A stretch of 64,000 nt of DNA from Plasmodiophora brassicae (Eukaryota). Made by a program: the position numbers and the translations under genes. The number at the start of each line of letters is the position of its first letter. Within the stretch, counting starts at the first letter, position 1. The stretch spans positions 1,426,001 through 1,490,000 of the forward strand of contig CP145413.1 of the NCBI GenBank assembly GCA_036867785.1, given 5' to 3'. The notes under the pieces are model-generated. The model was given only the letters and a program-made list of their open reading frames with translations. It did no database searches and was not told where the DNA came from. Below, piece after piece: positions 44,011 to 55,514 of the stretch.

Positions 44011-45627
44011 TTACGCCAGGGCGGCGAAGATGGCGGCCTGCTCCCAGCAGTACGGTTCCGGCGGCTTCTTATCGGTGCAGTGTACGCCCCTCTGCCCCTG
44101 GGTGAAGTACGCCTCGTGCGATAGGCGCGCCACCCACCGGTCCAGGTAGGCCATGCCCCGGTGCGTTGCTAATTCCCTGCTGATGCGGTGCAAGTCGATC
44201 ATGACCATGTCCACGGCCGACTTGAACCAGACGGCATCGACGATGTGGTTGCTGGTGACGACGACGACCGGCGTGCTGGCGCCCACCTGACTCCTGATAA
44301 AGTCGAGCAGGATGCCCATGCGGGCCCGGTACGCCATGACGCGATCCGTCGGCTTCATCGGGTCGTCGCTCAGCACGTAGTCGTGCGCCGACGACGTCAC
44401 GAACACGATATCGGGCGTGCGCCCTGCCGCCGCCTCCATCATCCTCGCGAACCTGTCCGTCATGTTCGTCGGCGGGTTCAGCGTTGCCGCCCCGTCCCAG
44501 TTCCCGTGGACCGAGATGGACCCCGCCCAGAAGTTCGTCAGGCGCGCCGGGCGGCGCCCCGAGGCGAACGGGCACCCGGGGCCCGTAACCAGCCCCGGCT
44601 GCAGCTCCGTATCGAACATTCGCAGGTTGCCCGGGAAGTCGGTGCGCCCCTCGATGTACGGGTGCGGGTGCTGGTTCGCGTCGCCCAGCGTGCAGTTCAG
44701 CCTGGCCAGCAGCAGCGGGACGACCTCGCGGAACGTGCTGTCGCCGACGAACATGACCCATTTCGACTGCAGGCGCCCGCCGGGGATCGTGTCCAGCGCG
44801 CCGGCCAGCGGCTGCCTGCCCAGCTGGGCGAACGTCGACGCGTGGAACGCCCACGGGTCCGACGTCGACGCACGCTGCCAGGAATCGTCGAACAGCGGCG
44901 GGTCGTTGTTGCCGACGCCGATGTCGACGGTCGTCGATGTCGAGTTCGCCGGCAGGGCGTGTATGATGAACTGTCTGTTGAGGTCGTGCAGCGTGCCGGT
45001 TGTGGCGTTCTCGTGCGCCCATCGTTCGTAGGGGACGAAACCGGTCGCGTGGATCAGCAGGCGAACCGTGTACCGGCCCGCGGCCGGCGGCATGGGCATC
45101 CGGATCATCGGCGTGGATGCGCTGTCGGGGGAGATGACCAGCGCGCGGCGGTACGTCGGCGACGTGACCAGTATGGACATAACGTGCCCGTACAGGAACT
45201 TCCACGGCAACGCCGACCCGTTGGACGCGCTGGGCCGCCATTCGACCCAGATCGTCAGCGACCGGTCGGCGTCATCGACGCAGGTGCCGACGCGGAACCG
45301 GTCGTCGTCGTTGGCGGGCGATGCGGTCGGTTCGAACCGCGTCGGAAGAGGCTCCATGGACAGGCCGAGTGCCAGGACCTGCTCCGCACAGGGAACGGTG
45401 ATCGACTGACGATCCGTGAGGGCGAAAGGTGTCCCGGTGTCGATCGCCGGTAGAATGGTGACCAGGGACGCGAGCAGCAACGTCGAAACCAGCGTTGTAC
45501 CGTAGAGGATCATCGATCGGAGACCGGATGGCGTCGCCGTCGCTGTGCTCGCCGATCCGTCGGTGCCGCCGGCGCTGCCGTCCTGAGCGAACAACGGCAG
45601 CGTGGCATCCTGGGGATCGGTCGCCAT
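44011..45627 (-). CDS. SGNH/PC-esterase-like type II membrane protein (NXPE/CPED1-like layout), intronless
   Basis: TM TTLVSTLLLASLVTIL; beta-rich region (GRYTVRLLIH); WVMFVGDSTFRE; PDIVFVTSSAHD; YLDRW; C-terminal GVHC. Confidence 0.8.
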   Translation of the reverse strand: MATDPQDATLPLFAQDGSAGGTDGSASTATATPSGLRSMILYGTTLVSTLLLASLVTILPAIDTGTPFALTDRQSITVPCAEQVLALGLSMEPLPTRFEPTASPANDDDRFRVGTCVDDADRSLTIWVEWRPSASNGSALPWKFLYGHVMSILVTSPTYRRALVISPDSASTPMIRMPMPPAAGRYTVRLLIHATGFVPYERWAHENATTGTLHDLNRQFIIHALPANSTSTTVDIGVGNNDPPLFDDSWQRASTSDPWAFHASTFAQLGRQPLAGALDTIPGGRLQSKWVMFVGDSTFREVVPLLLARLNCTLGDANQHPHPYIEGRTDFPGNLRMFDTELQPGLVTGPGCPFASGRRPARLTNFWAGSISVHGNWDGAATLNPPTNMTDRFARMMEAAAGRTPDIVFVTSSAHDYVLSDDPMKPTDRVMAYRARMGILLDFIRSQVGASTPVVVVTSNHIVDAVWFKSAVDMVMIDLHRISRELATHRGMAYLDRWVARLSHEAYFTQGQRGVHCTDKKPPEPYCWEQAAIFAALA

Positions 45628-46120
45628 GTGCAATCGCTGCGCTCGTGTCGCGCTCGGCGTTCAGGCCATAACAGTGGAATCTGGCCCTCACGTGCCGACC
45701 GGGCTGCGCGCCAACTGCGCGCCCAACGCTCTGCAATGCCGTCGAGGCGATGGCGTCCTGCTTGGCCTGCGCTGCAACGGCACCGACGTACACGGTCGGC
45801 GCATCTCGCAGTACATCGTCGGACGCCGAAACGAGTCGCGCGCGCCCAGTTCTGAATCGAAGACGACCAGGTGCAGACTGCAGAGCGCGGTGACGCCCAA
45901 CACGAGTCACTAGGCGGGTGCTAACGCCTAAGTCGAACGAAGGCGGCTGTGTGGTGACCGCACCGTCGAGTGCACACGAGCGTGCGTGAGACTGCTAATA
46001 GGGGGCAGCGGGGGCAGCCGCCAGGACGGTCGGTCTGGGTCATGGTTGTTGAGCCTGTGCTCGCCAGCCAAGCTGTCTGCGTTCGACCCCAAGTAGGTAC
46101 CGATTGGGCCGTTAGCGTCA

Positions 46121-46136
46121 CCCCCCCCCCCCCCCC
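46121..46136 (+). repeat. C16 homopolymer
   Basis: Read directly; preceded by GTCA. Confidence 0.9.
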
Positions 46137-46479
46137 GCCGTCCGGGCGCGGGCCGCGTCGATCGGGGAAGGCCTGCAGGGCTGCCACACTAGAAACCCAG
46201 AAGCGTCAAATAACAATCCTTCCACGGCGGTGCATGCAGTTACAGGCACTGTAAAGGTCAATGAAGACTCGTTTCTTGTCCATGTCAATGAAGCGTGAAT
46301 GTCAACGAAACGTTGTTTTCTTCAGAGCGTCATTATTGCGTCAGTATAAACGAATTCCCTGTCTGCAGGTTGTCAGTGGCGCGTCAAAATCGATCGACGG
46401 CGACCGTGCCTGCACAATACAATACTAACCACCAAGTGCGCGCGGCGGACTTGGTATCGTATCGTGAAAATGGAGGTCG

Positions 46480-47989
46480 ATGACGTCTTCGCCCTTCGGT
46501 GTCCACGGCGACGCCTATCTCGGCGACATCCAGGACCTTGAGTCAAGCAATGGGAACCGCACTCCGTCCGTCGAGTCCTTGTCTGACGTCGTGGACGACA
46601 TTTCGCTGCGGTCTCGGAGCTCATCGGATAGTCTCGACGGCGATGACATCGGGCTTCCCAGCATGGACGTCGACTGGACTGTTCCCGGCTCTCCGCGCAT
46701 CGACTTCGACCTCACAGTTGGATTGCCCGACGAATTCCAGAACTTGGGCGTGCACGATCGTCCGCCCGATTTCGATATTCGCTTTCGGAATCAGATCGCA
46801 CTTGCCGACTTTTTGAAGCAGCAACTGCCCTATCAGACTCTGTTATCCCCTCTAAATACTGAAGCGTCAGATATTCCAGCGTTCGATTATTGGACGAGTT
46901 CGCTCGTGGACGGCATACGTTTTCGTCGTTGTCGCGATCCTTGAAACGCCAGGCGTTCCACGTTAATGTTTGCCAAAAACGAACTGCTGCTTCGTGTACG
47001 TATATACATAAGATTACTAATGACACAGTCTTCTAATGGCTTTCCGCACAGTTCCGACACTACGCCGACTCAAAAGGCGTCGACATCTCCGACCTCGAGT
47101 CGATTGTGGAGAGCGCACACGATCTCTCCGACTTCGACCAATTGCGAGATCGCCTTCTGTCTCTCGGCCTCGCATTGCCGTACCTGAAATTCTACGTGTG
47201 TGGAAAGGGCCACATGTGGCCTGCGGACGACGATCCTGATTTGCCTTGCTGCAGAGGCGTTCGGCAGCCCTTCTACTATTTTCCGCGGATGTTGCACATC
47301 CAACGCCTATTTCGTTCGGTTTTCTTTCGCCGTCTGCTTCTCGCCGAACGCGATCGCCTGTTGGCTGTATTTAGAAACCGTCCCGAAATGATTGACGACT
47401 GGACTGATGGCACTTGGAGTGGGTCCGTCTTCAAGCCTTTTGCAGAGGCCGTTATTGCTGCTGGTGAATATTCACTGGCATTGTCGTCATAAGTTGTTGG
47501 TGCCAACGTCTTGAGTTGGGTCAGTGTTCCGTCACGCCTATGCTCCAGGTGGTCTTAAACCTTCCGCAAGCCGTACGGTGCCATTCCTCGGTTTTGCAGC
47601 CAATTGGATTAATACCTCAGTTGGCTAACAATATAAGGCAGCCGTTCCAGAAGCTCGACGCGTACGAGCTGAGGCTCATGTTCGAACTGAGCTTTCCTGT
47701 CTTCAATGCCGTCACTAGGACTCGTGTCTTCGTTCGAGCCATGCTGGCATGTACTGTGTGTCATTCTCGCCTTTTATGTCCTGGTTCAAGGGAATCTCTG
47801 ACGAGTCGTCATGGACAGGCCATGGACTACAAGGAGCTGTCGTCCAGTAGCCTGTGCTCGATGCCCGGCAAACGAGACGCCTGCATCCAGTGCAACACCG
47901 AAGGCGTATACATATCGGGTGTTCGCTTCCCTGGGAACTGGCGTTACGCTTCTTCCGATTCTGTTCGCGATCGGGTATGCCACACCTAA
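46480..47989 (+). mobile_element. Degenerate CACTA/EnSpm-like (Transposase_21-type) transposase relic
   Basis: Lower-GC block; YFPRMLHIQRLF, MIDDWTDGTW, SLALS, SVTPMLQVVLNLPQAVR, IGLIP, VFNAVTRTRVFVRAML, ACIQCNTEG occur in the order expected for EnSpm transposases; in-frame stops. CACTAGAAA at 46187 may be a left end; no right end seen. Confidence 0.7.
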
Positions 47990-49123
47990 TGGGCCATCTC
48001 ACTTTTCGCTGATGCGTGCTGCGTACAACCGTCGTCACGACGTTCAACTGCGTCGACTTTCCCGGAGATTCGAGCCAGCTCACGTCGACGAATTCATGCG
48101 CCAGTCGGAAATGATGATGAGCGTCGAAATGCGGCGCCGCATGACATCTCATGACGAGCAAGACCGTGGTGGCTTGCGGGAGCCATACCAGGACGTGTAC
48201 TCTATCACGTTAAACGCCGTTATTGATGGTCGATTGTTCGACGATGCAGGTAGAGTGCGCATCGAAAAACACACGGGTGCCCAGAATCCAAGAGATTGCA
48301 AGAACGCCGGCATCCACACCTGTACAGCACTAAGAATCTCGACAACATTAAACGGAGCAGCGGCAAACATGGTCATGCAGGTCGTCGCCCTTATCATGCC
48401 CGGGTACACAGGTCTGGTGACGGCATCGTTCAATACTGAATCCGGTGATGGGAAGACATCAATCTCTTAACCGTTCCGTGAGAAGTGGGTGGTCACGTTC
48501 GACATGTCATTTGCTGCGTCAGCTTTCAGCATTCTCGTACAGACCTAGTAGGCCACGGGATCCTGGACAACATGCGCTTTGAGGTGTCGAGTAAGCTTCT
48601 TCTGCGCCGGGAGCGTCATGGAGTAGACGCCACACGTCGCGGGCATCGCGTTTCAAAATATCTCAGGGGATACCGGGTTTGACCGTTTGCGATGGATGCG
48701 GGTAGCCGCGCGGCAGGAGGCTACGTTAGATTCACTGAATTCGAAAAATAAAACGTGGCCGTGTGGTACGCCATGGCCCATGGGCCATGGCCCATGAGAC
48801 CTGTCGATTCACGTTGCCACATCAGCCAAGGTCGAGTATAGTCCGTGCCGCCTACCATACAAAGGTCGGCCGCACTATTATTTTGCGCTGTGCCCTGCAA
48901 TGTCATCACAAACTGCGTATTAGCGAGCGGTAGGCACAGCGCATCGAACTTTACGGTAGACTACCCGCCCTGTATCTCGCCACCAACTGACTGCTCAAGT
49001 TGCTATGATTGTAGACAAAAACACGTCTCACTTCGGGGCATTTTTGGAGAGGGTACGGCGCGGTGCGGGGTCCCTGTGCTGCGCCTCCTCCAGAATAATA
49101 TCGGCTCGTGTCGCCGGGATTGT

Positions 49124-52100
49124 ATGTCGGAGGTGAACGAGACGGACCCGTTCCTGGGCTCTGCGCCTCCTGCGGCGGCAGGGCCGGCGGCACGGACGCG
49201 CGTGATCCCCGTTGCCCTCGTTAGCCTGTTCCTGCTCATTGGCCTGGCGCTCGTCTCGCAGTTCGGGTTCACACCGCGCGTATTGCAACGCGACACCCAG
49301 GGCGACCCGACGACCGGCGACGACGTTGCACTGCATGCCGAGGATGGACCGACGTCGACGGCCCCTGCGACTGTCGTGCCTTCTGCCGTCGACCAGCCCA
49401 CCTCGCCGGATCCGCAGGGGCACGATCCCCTGCCGGCGGTGCCTCCAGCAGCGACAGCAGCAGCAACAACACCAACGACGACGCCGCCGCCGTCGCCCGC
49501 AGCAACGCAACCTGCTCCTGTTCTACCCGATGCGTCCCAGGAAGATGTCGACGCCCATCGGCAGCGTGTCGCCGAGTCCGACGCGTTCCTCGCCTGCCTC
49601 GCCGAGCACGCCGCCGCCAGCACCGACGCTGGCGCCGCCGCCGAGTTCAAATACGGGCGCTCGCAGCGCACGCCGCTCGAAGCCGAACTCGACGACCTGG
49701 GCGCCGGGCAACTGTGCCAGCACGCCAACGACGACACCGCGCCGCCCAGCTCCGTTCTGTGCCTGCTGCACGACCTGCAATTGCACAGGCAGCGCCAGCA
49801 CGGCGTCGTCCGGCACCTGATGCGATCGATGCCGGCCAGGGACCTCGAGCGCGTCGCCGAGACGTGCACGTCGAAATCGGAGCAGGCGCATTCGTCACAG
49901 GTGACGCCGTCTTCGGCGTCGTCGTCCGACGTCCACTGCGACCTGCCCGGCGTCGACGCCAGCGGCCACCCGTCCTGCTCCTGCACGGTGACGCGGGCGT
50001 CGATCTCGACGAAGGGCGACGGCTCCTGGGCGATCGGCCTGGTGGCGGACAGCGACGACCAGTTCGAGGCCATGGCGGCCGCCATACGCGGCTGCGGCGC
50101 CCATGCGCCCAGCGTCGACATTGTTCGTCAGACGGAGCCGGTCGTCGACTGCCCCCATAACGCGTCCGTCTACCTGCGTCCGTTCGGCAGCGTCGCCAGC
50201 GCCCTGGACCGTATCGCGTCGTTCGTGTCGTTCGCCGACCTGCTCGAGGACCGCCCCGGGACGCAGTGGGTCGTCGGCGGGTCGGCGCCGCTGAAGAACG
50301 GCCTGCTCGGGCACATGCTGGAGCAGATCGTGCCGGTCGGCGCGCTGCGCTTCGAGGCGCCGTCCTGCGCCTCCCAGCTGACCGTCGGCGTCGCCGGCTG
50401 GGTGCATCGCGCCCTGGCGTCGCGTCGGGGCACCCAGCTGGTTCGCAACCGCGCCCGGAACGCCCTGCACACGGCTCGCGACCACCTGGTCCGGTTCGCC
50501 AAGCACGTCATGCCGCTGGACGACCCGGACATCTACGGGCTGTCGGCCCGGTTCAGCCATTCGGTGAACGCGCCCGGCCGGATCGCGTTCGCCGACCCGC
50601 GCCTCGCCGACATGGCGTTCCTGTTCGATGCGGCCCGCGACGCCGGCTTCCAGATCAGGCAGTGGGGCACCGTCGACGACCGGCCGCTCCCGCGCATCGC
50701 CATGATCGACTTCTCGCAGGTCCTCGTCCTGCCCGGCGTCGACAGCATCGACGAGGTACTTCCCGTGTCTCGGTCACGTTGTGCGATCCCCTGACCCGTG
50801 TCGGTGTCCCAGATGATGGCTCTTCGCCCGGGCGCCTCCGTCTGGCTGGTCACCGACCAGCTCGGCGCCCAGGCGACCCGCACGGCGACCGACCTGGAGC
50901 GCGTCGAGGCGCTCTCGTCCATGCTGGGCGTCACGGTGACCGTATTCAAGGTCGGTGTGCCCTCGGCGTACGGGTTGGTCGGCTGTCGGCTGACCCGCGC
51001 TGTCTGGCAGGCGCCTGCCGCGAAGGACGCCGTCCAGGGACAGCTGCGTTCGGTGCTGGAGCGCTGGGACCACTGGTCGCCGTTCGACCTGCGCCCAGCG
51101 CTGGTGGCCGGGTACTCGCGCGACATCCCGCCGCTGTCGTGGGACCCGATGAAGCCGGCGCCGGCAACGGCCGTCCCCGGGCAGTACCGCCTGCCGACGC
51201 GCGTCCCGTCCAACCCGGTCATCGTCCTGTACTACAAGTCCAAGTTCGTGGCGGGCGGCAACCTGCAGGACGGGACCAGGGACGACCTGCAGGTCGTGCC
51301 TGGCCTGACGTTCGTGTTCCCGAACCCGCGCGCGCCCCACATGGCGCACTGGGTGGAGAACACGATCATCCCGCCCATCGTGGCGCTGGCCGGGCGCGCC
51401 GGCGAAGTGCCCCGGTTCGCCCAGTACCGGGTGTACGCCAGGCCGACGCCAGGTCAGGACGAATTCATGAACGGCATCGAGCGCGTCTCGTCCGGGTTCA
51501 TGGACCCGCCGCAGACGCGCTTCGACGGCATCCCCGACGGCGTCAGCGTCCAGTTCGAGTACTGCATGGTGGTCGAGGCCGGGTCGCAGTGGCACACGTT
51601 CCCCGGCGCCGCCGACGCCATGCGACGCGCCCTGTACGCCGACCTGATCGGCAAGCCTCTGCCGGCGCCCAACCGTCAGATCGCGCCGTGCCGGGTCAGC
51701 ATCATCAGTCGGGCGAGCGCCGGGCGCATGTTCCAGGACGTCGCCAAGCTGGAGGACGACGTCCGCCAGGAGCTGGACCTGCCCGTCGACGTGTTCGACT
51801 TCCACCCGTCGCAGGACGTCCAGATGCACACGGAGAGGTGCCTGGACGGCCCCGCGCTGACGATCGCGTCCGAGGGCAATGCCCTGTCCAACCTGGTCTT
51901 CATGTCGCGAGGGCAGGCCCTGCTCTGGTTCGCGCCCCGCTACTACCACATCGAGCCGTACTGGGGGGTACGTACGAATCCAACCTGCCACGACGGCTGG
52001 TCCCTGCCGGGCACTGGGTATCTCTCTCTCTCTCTCTGACCCAGTGTGATGCAGATGGCGTTCGCCGACGGCGTTGGCCACGACGTGTACAGGCTGGTGC

Positions 52101-52282
52101 CACCGAGGGATGCCGCCAACCCGACGTCGATCTCGGAGGCGGCGCGCGCCGGCGGCCCCGCCCGCCGATGGGAGGAGCGCTTCGCCGTACGGGACGCGAA
52201 TTACGTCACGGCCGAGATGATGACCGAGATCAACATGGTCCTGGAGCGCTTCGTCGCCGACAACCTGGCGCACTGCTATTGA
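49124..52282 (+). CDS. Large type II membrane protein with mucin-like stalk and two GT61-like modules, 3 exons
   Basis: TM VALVSLFLLIGLALV; Pro/Thr stalk; module 1 ...SQVLVLPGVDSIDE|MMALRPGASVWLV; module 2 HMAHWVE, VSIISRASAGRMF, IASEGNALSNLVFMSRGQALL. Introns 50756-50813 and 51968-52054. Confidence 0.75.
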
Positions 52283-52396
52283 TACAGCACCAATATCGCA
52301 AACGTGAATGCCAGGCCATGCTGGGTTTCTCTCTTTGATTGCAGTAGCTGGGCTGGCTGGGTGCGTCGGACGCTGCGGGAGCCGTCCTGGTCAACG

Positions 52397-53819
52397 TCAC
52401 ATGCAGACGAGGTCCTCCCACCCGCCGAGGATGTCCAGGCTCCTGGGAATGCCGAGCAGGAACCGGACGTACGCGCCAATCTCGCCGTCGCGGTTCGCCG
52501 GGATGTACTTCTCGTGGAACCCCATGTCGTAGCAGGTCATGCCGTACTCGGCGTATATGCGCTCGAGGACAGCGACCGGATCCGACCCACGGCTGCAGAG
52601 GGGCGACGCGACGTCAAACCGATTGCAGGGGGAGGTGGGGGACGCGCGTGATCGACCCGACCTGTGGAGGCCCTCGGGCCAGAACTCCAACGCCAGCGAA
52701 CGGACACGATCGAAGAGCGGCCGCCCGCCGCTGCCGTCGAACACGGCCTTCTCGTGGCCTGCCAATGGGTCACACTCCTAGCCCAGCGCGCCTGCCGACT
52801 GGGACACATGACCAGACCTTGTACGTCGACCTTGAGGATGTAGATCATAGCGTCGTCGGGGATGATGCCCTGCAGCGGCACGATCTCAACGGTGCGGGCG
52901 GACGGATCCAGGACCGTGCCCTGCTGGATGGGGACGACCTCGGCCAGCTCCTCGCTCTTGGTCAGCGCGAACGTCGCCCGCTCGCCACCGCACCCGGCCC
53001 CGATAACGAATCTGATCATGGCGACAGTCAGCCCATTCCCGGGGCGCCCCAAACACGTCGAGCAGGTCCACAATGGCACGTACATGTGCTTGCGATGCTG
53101 TTGCACTTTGAGGACTTGGTCGACCTGCGCGCGGATGTCGGCGATCGTGGTCGATGCCGTCGGGACGATCAGCGTGTAGTCGGCGCCCTCCTTCCATCCC
53201 TCGCCGTGGATGCTTGACAGCAGCCGGTTGCGGTTCTGGGGATCCGGCTCGAACGTATACCTAGGGTCAGCCAGCGGCGTTCGGTCAGCCCAACCTGAAC
53301 ATCGCCCACCGAAACGGGCTTACACAATGTAGCCGAGCTTATAGGCCGGCACAGTGTAATCCACGCCGTCGAACCTGTACAACAGGGGCGCTGTCAGCGT
53401 TCCTGGCCAGGGGTACGGGTACGCAGCACAGCGATGGCGTACGCGCCGATATCGACGACCGTGTCGTACGGGGCCATCACGGCCGTATCGCGCTCCAGCA
53501 GGCGCGACACCTGTTTGGCGGTGCCGCCCACGTAGCCGACCCGGCGGAACGCGTCGTTGATGAAGTAGGGCGGCGGCGGGTTGATCGGGCGCCGGTGCAG
53601 CCCGGTCGAGAACGTCATCTGGTTCGTCGGGTGCCCTGCAACAGGGCGACTGTCGCGAACCCGGACGGTGACGCCGTCGGTCGCAGATCGCATCGTTAGC
53701 CAGGCCGCCAGGATGATGATGGACACGGGGATCAGCGCGAGGCGAGCGCCGGAATGCGTCGACCAGAACGACTTGCCCTGGTGGTGCTTTGACGACGACT
53801 TGCCGAAGGCGCCCAGCAT
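52397..53819 (-). CDS. FkbM-family (Methyltransf_21) SAM methyltransferase with N-terminal TM, multi-exon
   Basis: TM LALIPVSIIILAAWL; VVDIGA|FDG; YTFEPDPQN; ILKVDVQG|HEKAVFDG; LALEFWP. Confidence 0.85.
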
Positions 53820-54024
53820 TGGTGGTCACCGGTGGGCACCCAGCTGTCGACTGAGTGTACTGGACACGAAACCAGGCTGAGGCCGCGCGATACGGCCAGC
53901 CACAGTCCACGCCCGATGGTGTGCTGCCGGCCCGAATACGCTGCCCAGCGCCAGAATGCCACTGTGAAACTTTAGCAACCGTCCGTCCGGTGCCAGGATT
54001 CTCGTACGGCGCGTCATCTTCCGG

Positions 54025-54255
54025 TTCGCCGACGAGTTCAGTCAGGCCGTCCAGTACTGACGCTGGAAGGGCACCCCAGTTCCCCAATTGGATCACATAA
54101 CGTTGAACCCCTCTCTGCAGATATCGTAGTGTACAGTTGGACAGCGTCTCTGCACAGGCCAAGGCCGCGTCTCGCGTATAATTGGTTCGCCGCGTAACTT
54201 CGACAGGATGATGCTTCGGAAACGGAACATCAATTTGCTAGAGGATGCGGTTGAA
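54025..54255 (+). repeat. Upstream block duplicated at ~56313-56535 (part of the GT77 tandem duplication)
   Basis: gccgacgagttcag.caggccgt.cagt...ggaagggcaccccagttccccaa...ggttcgccgcgtaacttcgacaggatgatgcttcg...gaggatgcggttg in both copies. Confidence 0.9.
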
Positions 54256-54581
54256 GGCCTCAGTGTCATGTGTCATCTACACCTCCATGACTCACACCAC
54301 TCCTCTTCCGGCACCTAGCCACCTTCCGGCACCAAGCCACGTGCCGCGACCAAGGCCTTCACCTGCCGCGCCCTGGCTCTCAGTCAGCATTCTCACGTCT
54401 ATCCCTTACGCCACGCGATCGGTACTCGTCGCACACTGTCGAGGCCCAGCGTCGTTCGGTAGTTCTTCACACTCAGCAACAAAGGTCCAGAGCTCGACCT
54501 TGCATTGTCAGCCACTGCCCTGTCGGGTCGTCAGTCAGGTGGCTCCTCGACTACCTGACGTGTGACGTGCCAGCAGACGGG

Positions 54582-55514
54582 ATGGCGCGTCGCGACATGC
54601 GCCTCGTGGTGGCCGCGACCGCGTTCAGCGTGTTCGCATGCGTACTCCTCGTGGTGTCCTACGGCGACACCGGTGCCCAACAACTCGCGAAGATTGTCGA
54701 GGTGAAATCAGGTCCCCTTGCCGTACTACCAGCGGCGGCGCAGGCAAGCCACGCGGACGACAAACCGGGTTGGCCACCTACACGCGAGATGCTGAACGGC
54801 ATTGTGAACGACGACAACCAGGTGACAGTGGTCGGCGTCACGTTTGAGTACCTCGACCTGTTCGAAATGCTGGAGACGTCGATCCGCCGGGCCGGCGTCA
54901 ACAACCTCCTGGTCGTCTGCCTGGACCGGCCGGCCTACGACGTCCTGTCGAAACAATATCCCAACCGTACGTACATCCCCCCATTCGCGCCCGACTCGCC
55001 CTGGCACAAGGTCGAGTACCGGACGGACGAATTCAAGGAGCTGACGAAATCCCGGCCGGCGTTCATCCTCGCGTTCCTGAAGCTGGGCGTCAACGTCCTG
55101 TACGTCGACACGGACATGATCTGGCGGTCGAACCCGTACGACTTCCTGAAGACCGTCATGGACGACTACGACATCGCCGTGCCTCACGACAGCGTCCCAA
55201 GCAACGTCTGCACCGCGCTCGTGTACGCCAAGTCGAACCCGGCCGCCCTGGCCTACGTCGAGGCGTGGATGAACGAGGCCGCGTCCGGGTCGTACATACA
55301 CGACCAGTCGGCGTGGCACGGGCTGTACCCGGGCTGGGCGGGGCGCTTCCGCCTGCTCGTCCTGGAGCAGGACCGGTTCCCGAATGGACGCACCATGTTC
55401 CAGAACGGCGGCTACAATTGGAACCTCCACCCAGAAGGGCCCATCATCGTCCACGCCAACTACATGGTCGGTCACGACAAGAAGAAGCAGGCCTTGCTCA
55501 GGTTCGCCAAATGA
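54582..55514 (+). CDS. Nucleotide-diphospho-sugar transferase (GT77-like) copy 1, type II membrane, intronless
   Basis: NLLVVCLD, FLKLGVNVLYVDTDMIWRSNP, HDQSAW, RFPNG, IVHANYMVGHDKK. Confidence 0.9.
   Translation: MARRDMRLVVAATAFSVFACVLLVVSYGDTGAQQLAKIVEVKSGPLAVLPAAAQASHADDKPGWPPTREMLNGIVNDDNQVTVVGVTFEYLDLFEMLETSIRRAGVNNLLVVCLDRPAYDVLSKQYPNRTYIPPFAPDSPWHKVEYRTDEFKELTKSRPAFILAFLKLGVNVLYVDTDMIWRSNPYDFLKTVMDDYDIAVPHDSVPSNVCTALVYAKSNPAALAYVEAWMNEAASGSYIHDQSAWHGLYPGWAGRFRLLVLEQDRFPNGRTMFQNGGYNWNLHPEGPIIVHANYMVGHDKKKQALLRFAK

Noticed and set aside
45660-45910. Possible glycosyltransferase fragment upstream of the SGNH gene
   Set aside because: Only a vague resemblance; no diagnostic motif.
47990-48720. 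Continuation of the low-GC block after the CACTA-like relic
   Set aside because: Probably element-derived, but no recognisable motif or right terminal repeat (TAGTG) was found.
48771-48790. Perfect 20-bp palindrome ccatggcccatgggccatgg
   Set aside because: Explained by a short low-complexity CCATGG(C/G) repeat; no supporting context.
50266-52338. Long Arg/Pro/Gly-rich alternative-frame and antisense ORFs here and across GC-rich genes
   Set aside because: Expected shadows of high-GC3 coding sequence; no motifs.
54304-54357. 18-bp tandem repeat (cttccggcacc.agccac) x2-3
   Set aside because: Small local duplication with no evidence of function.
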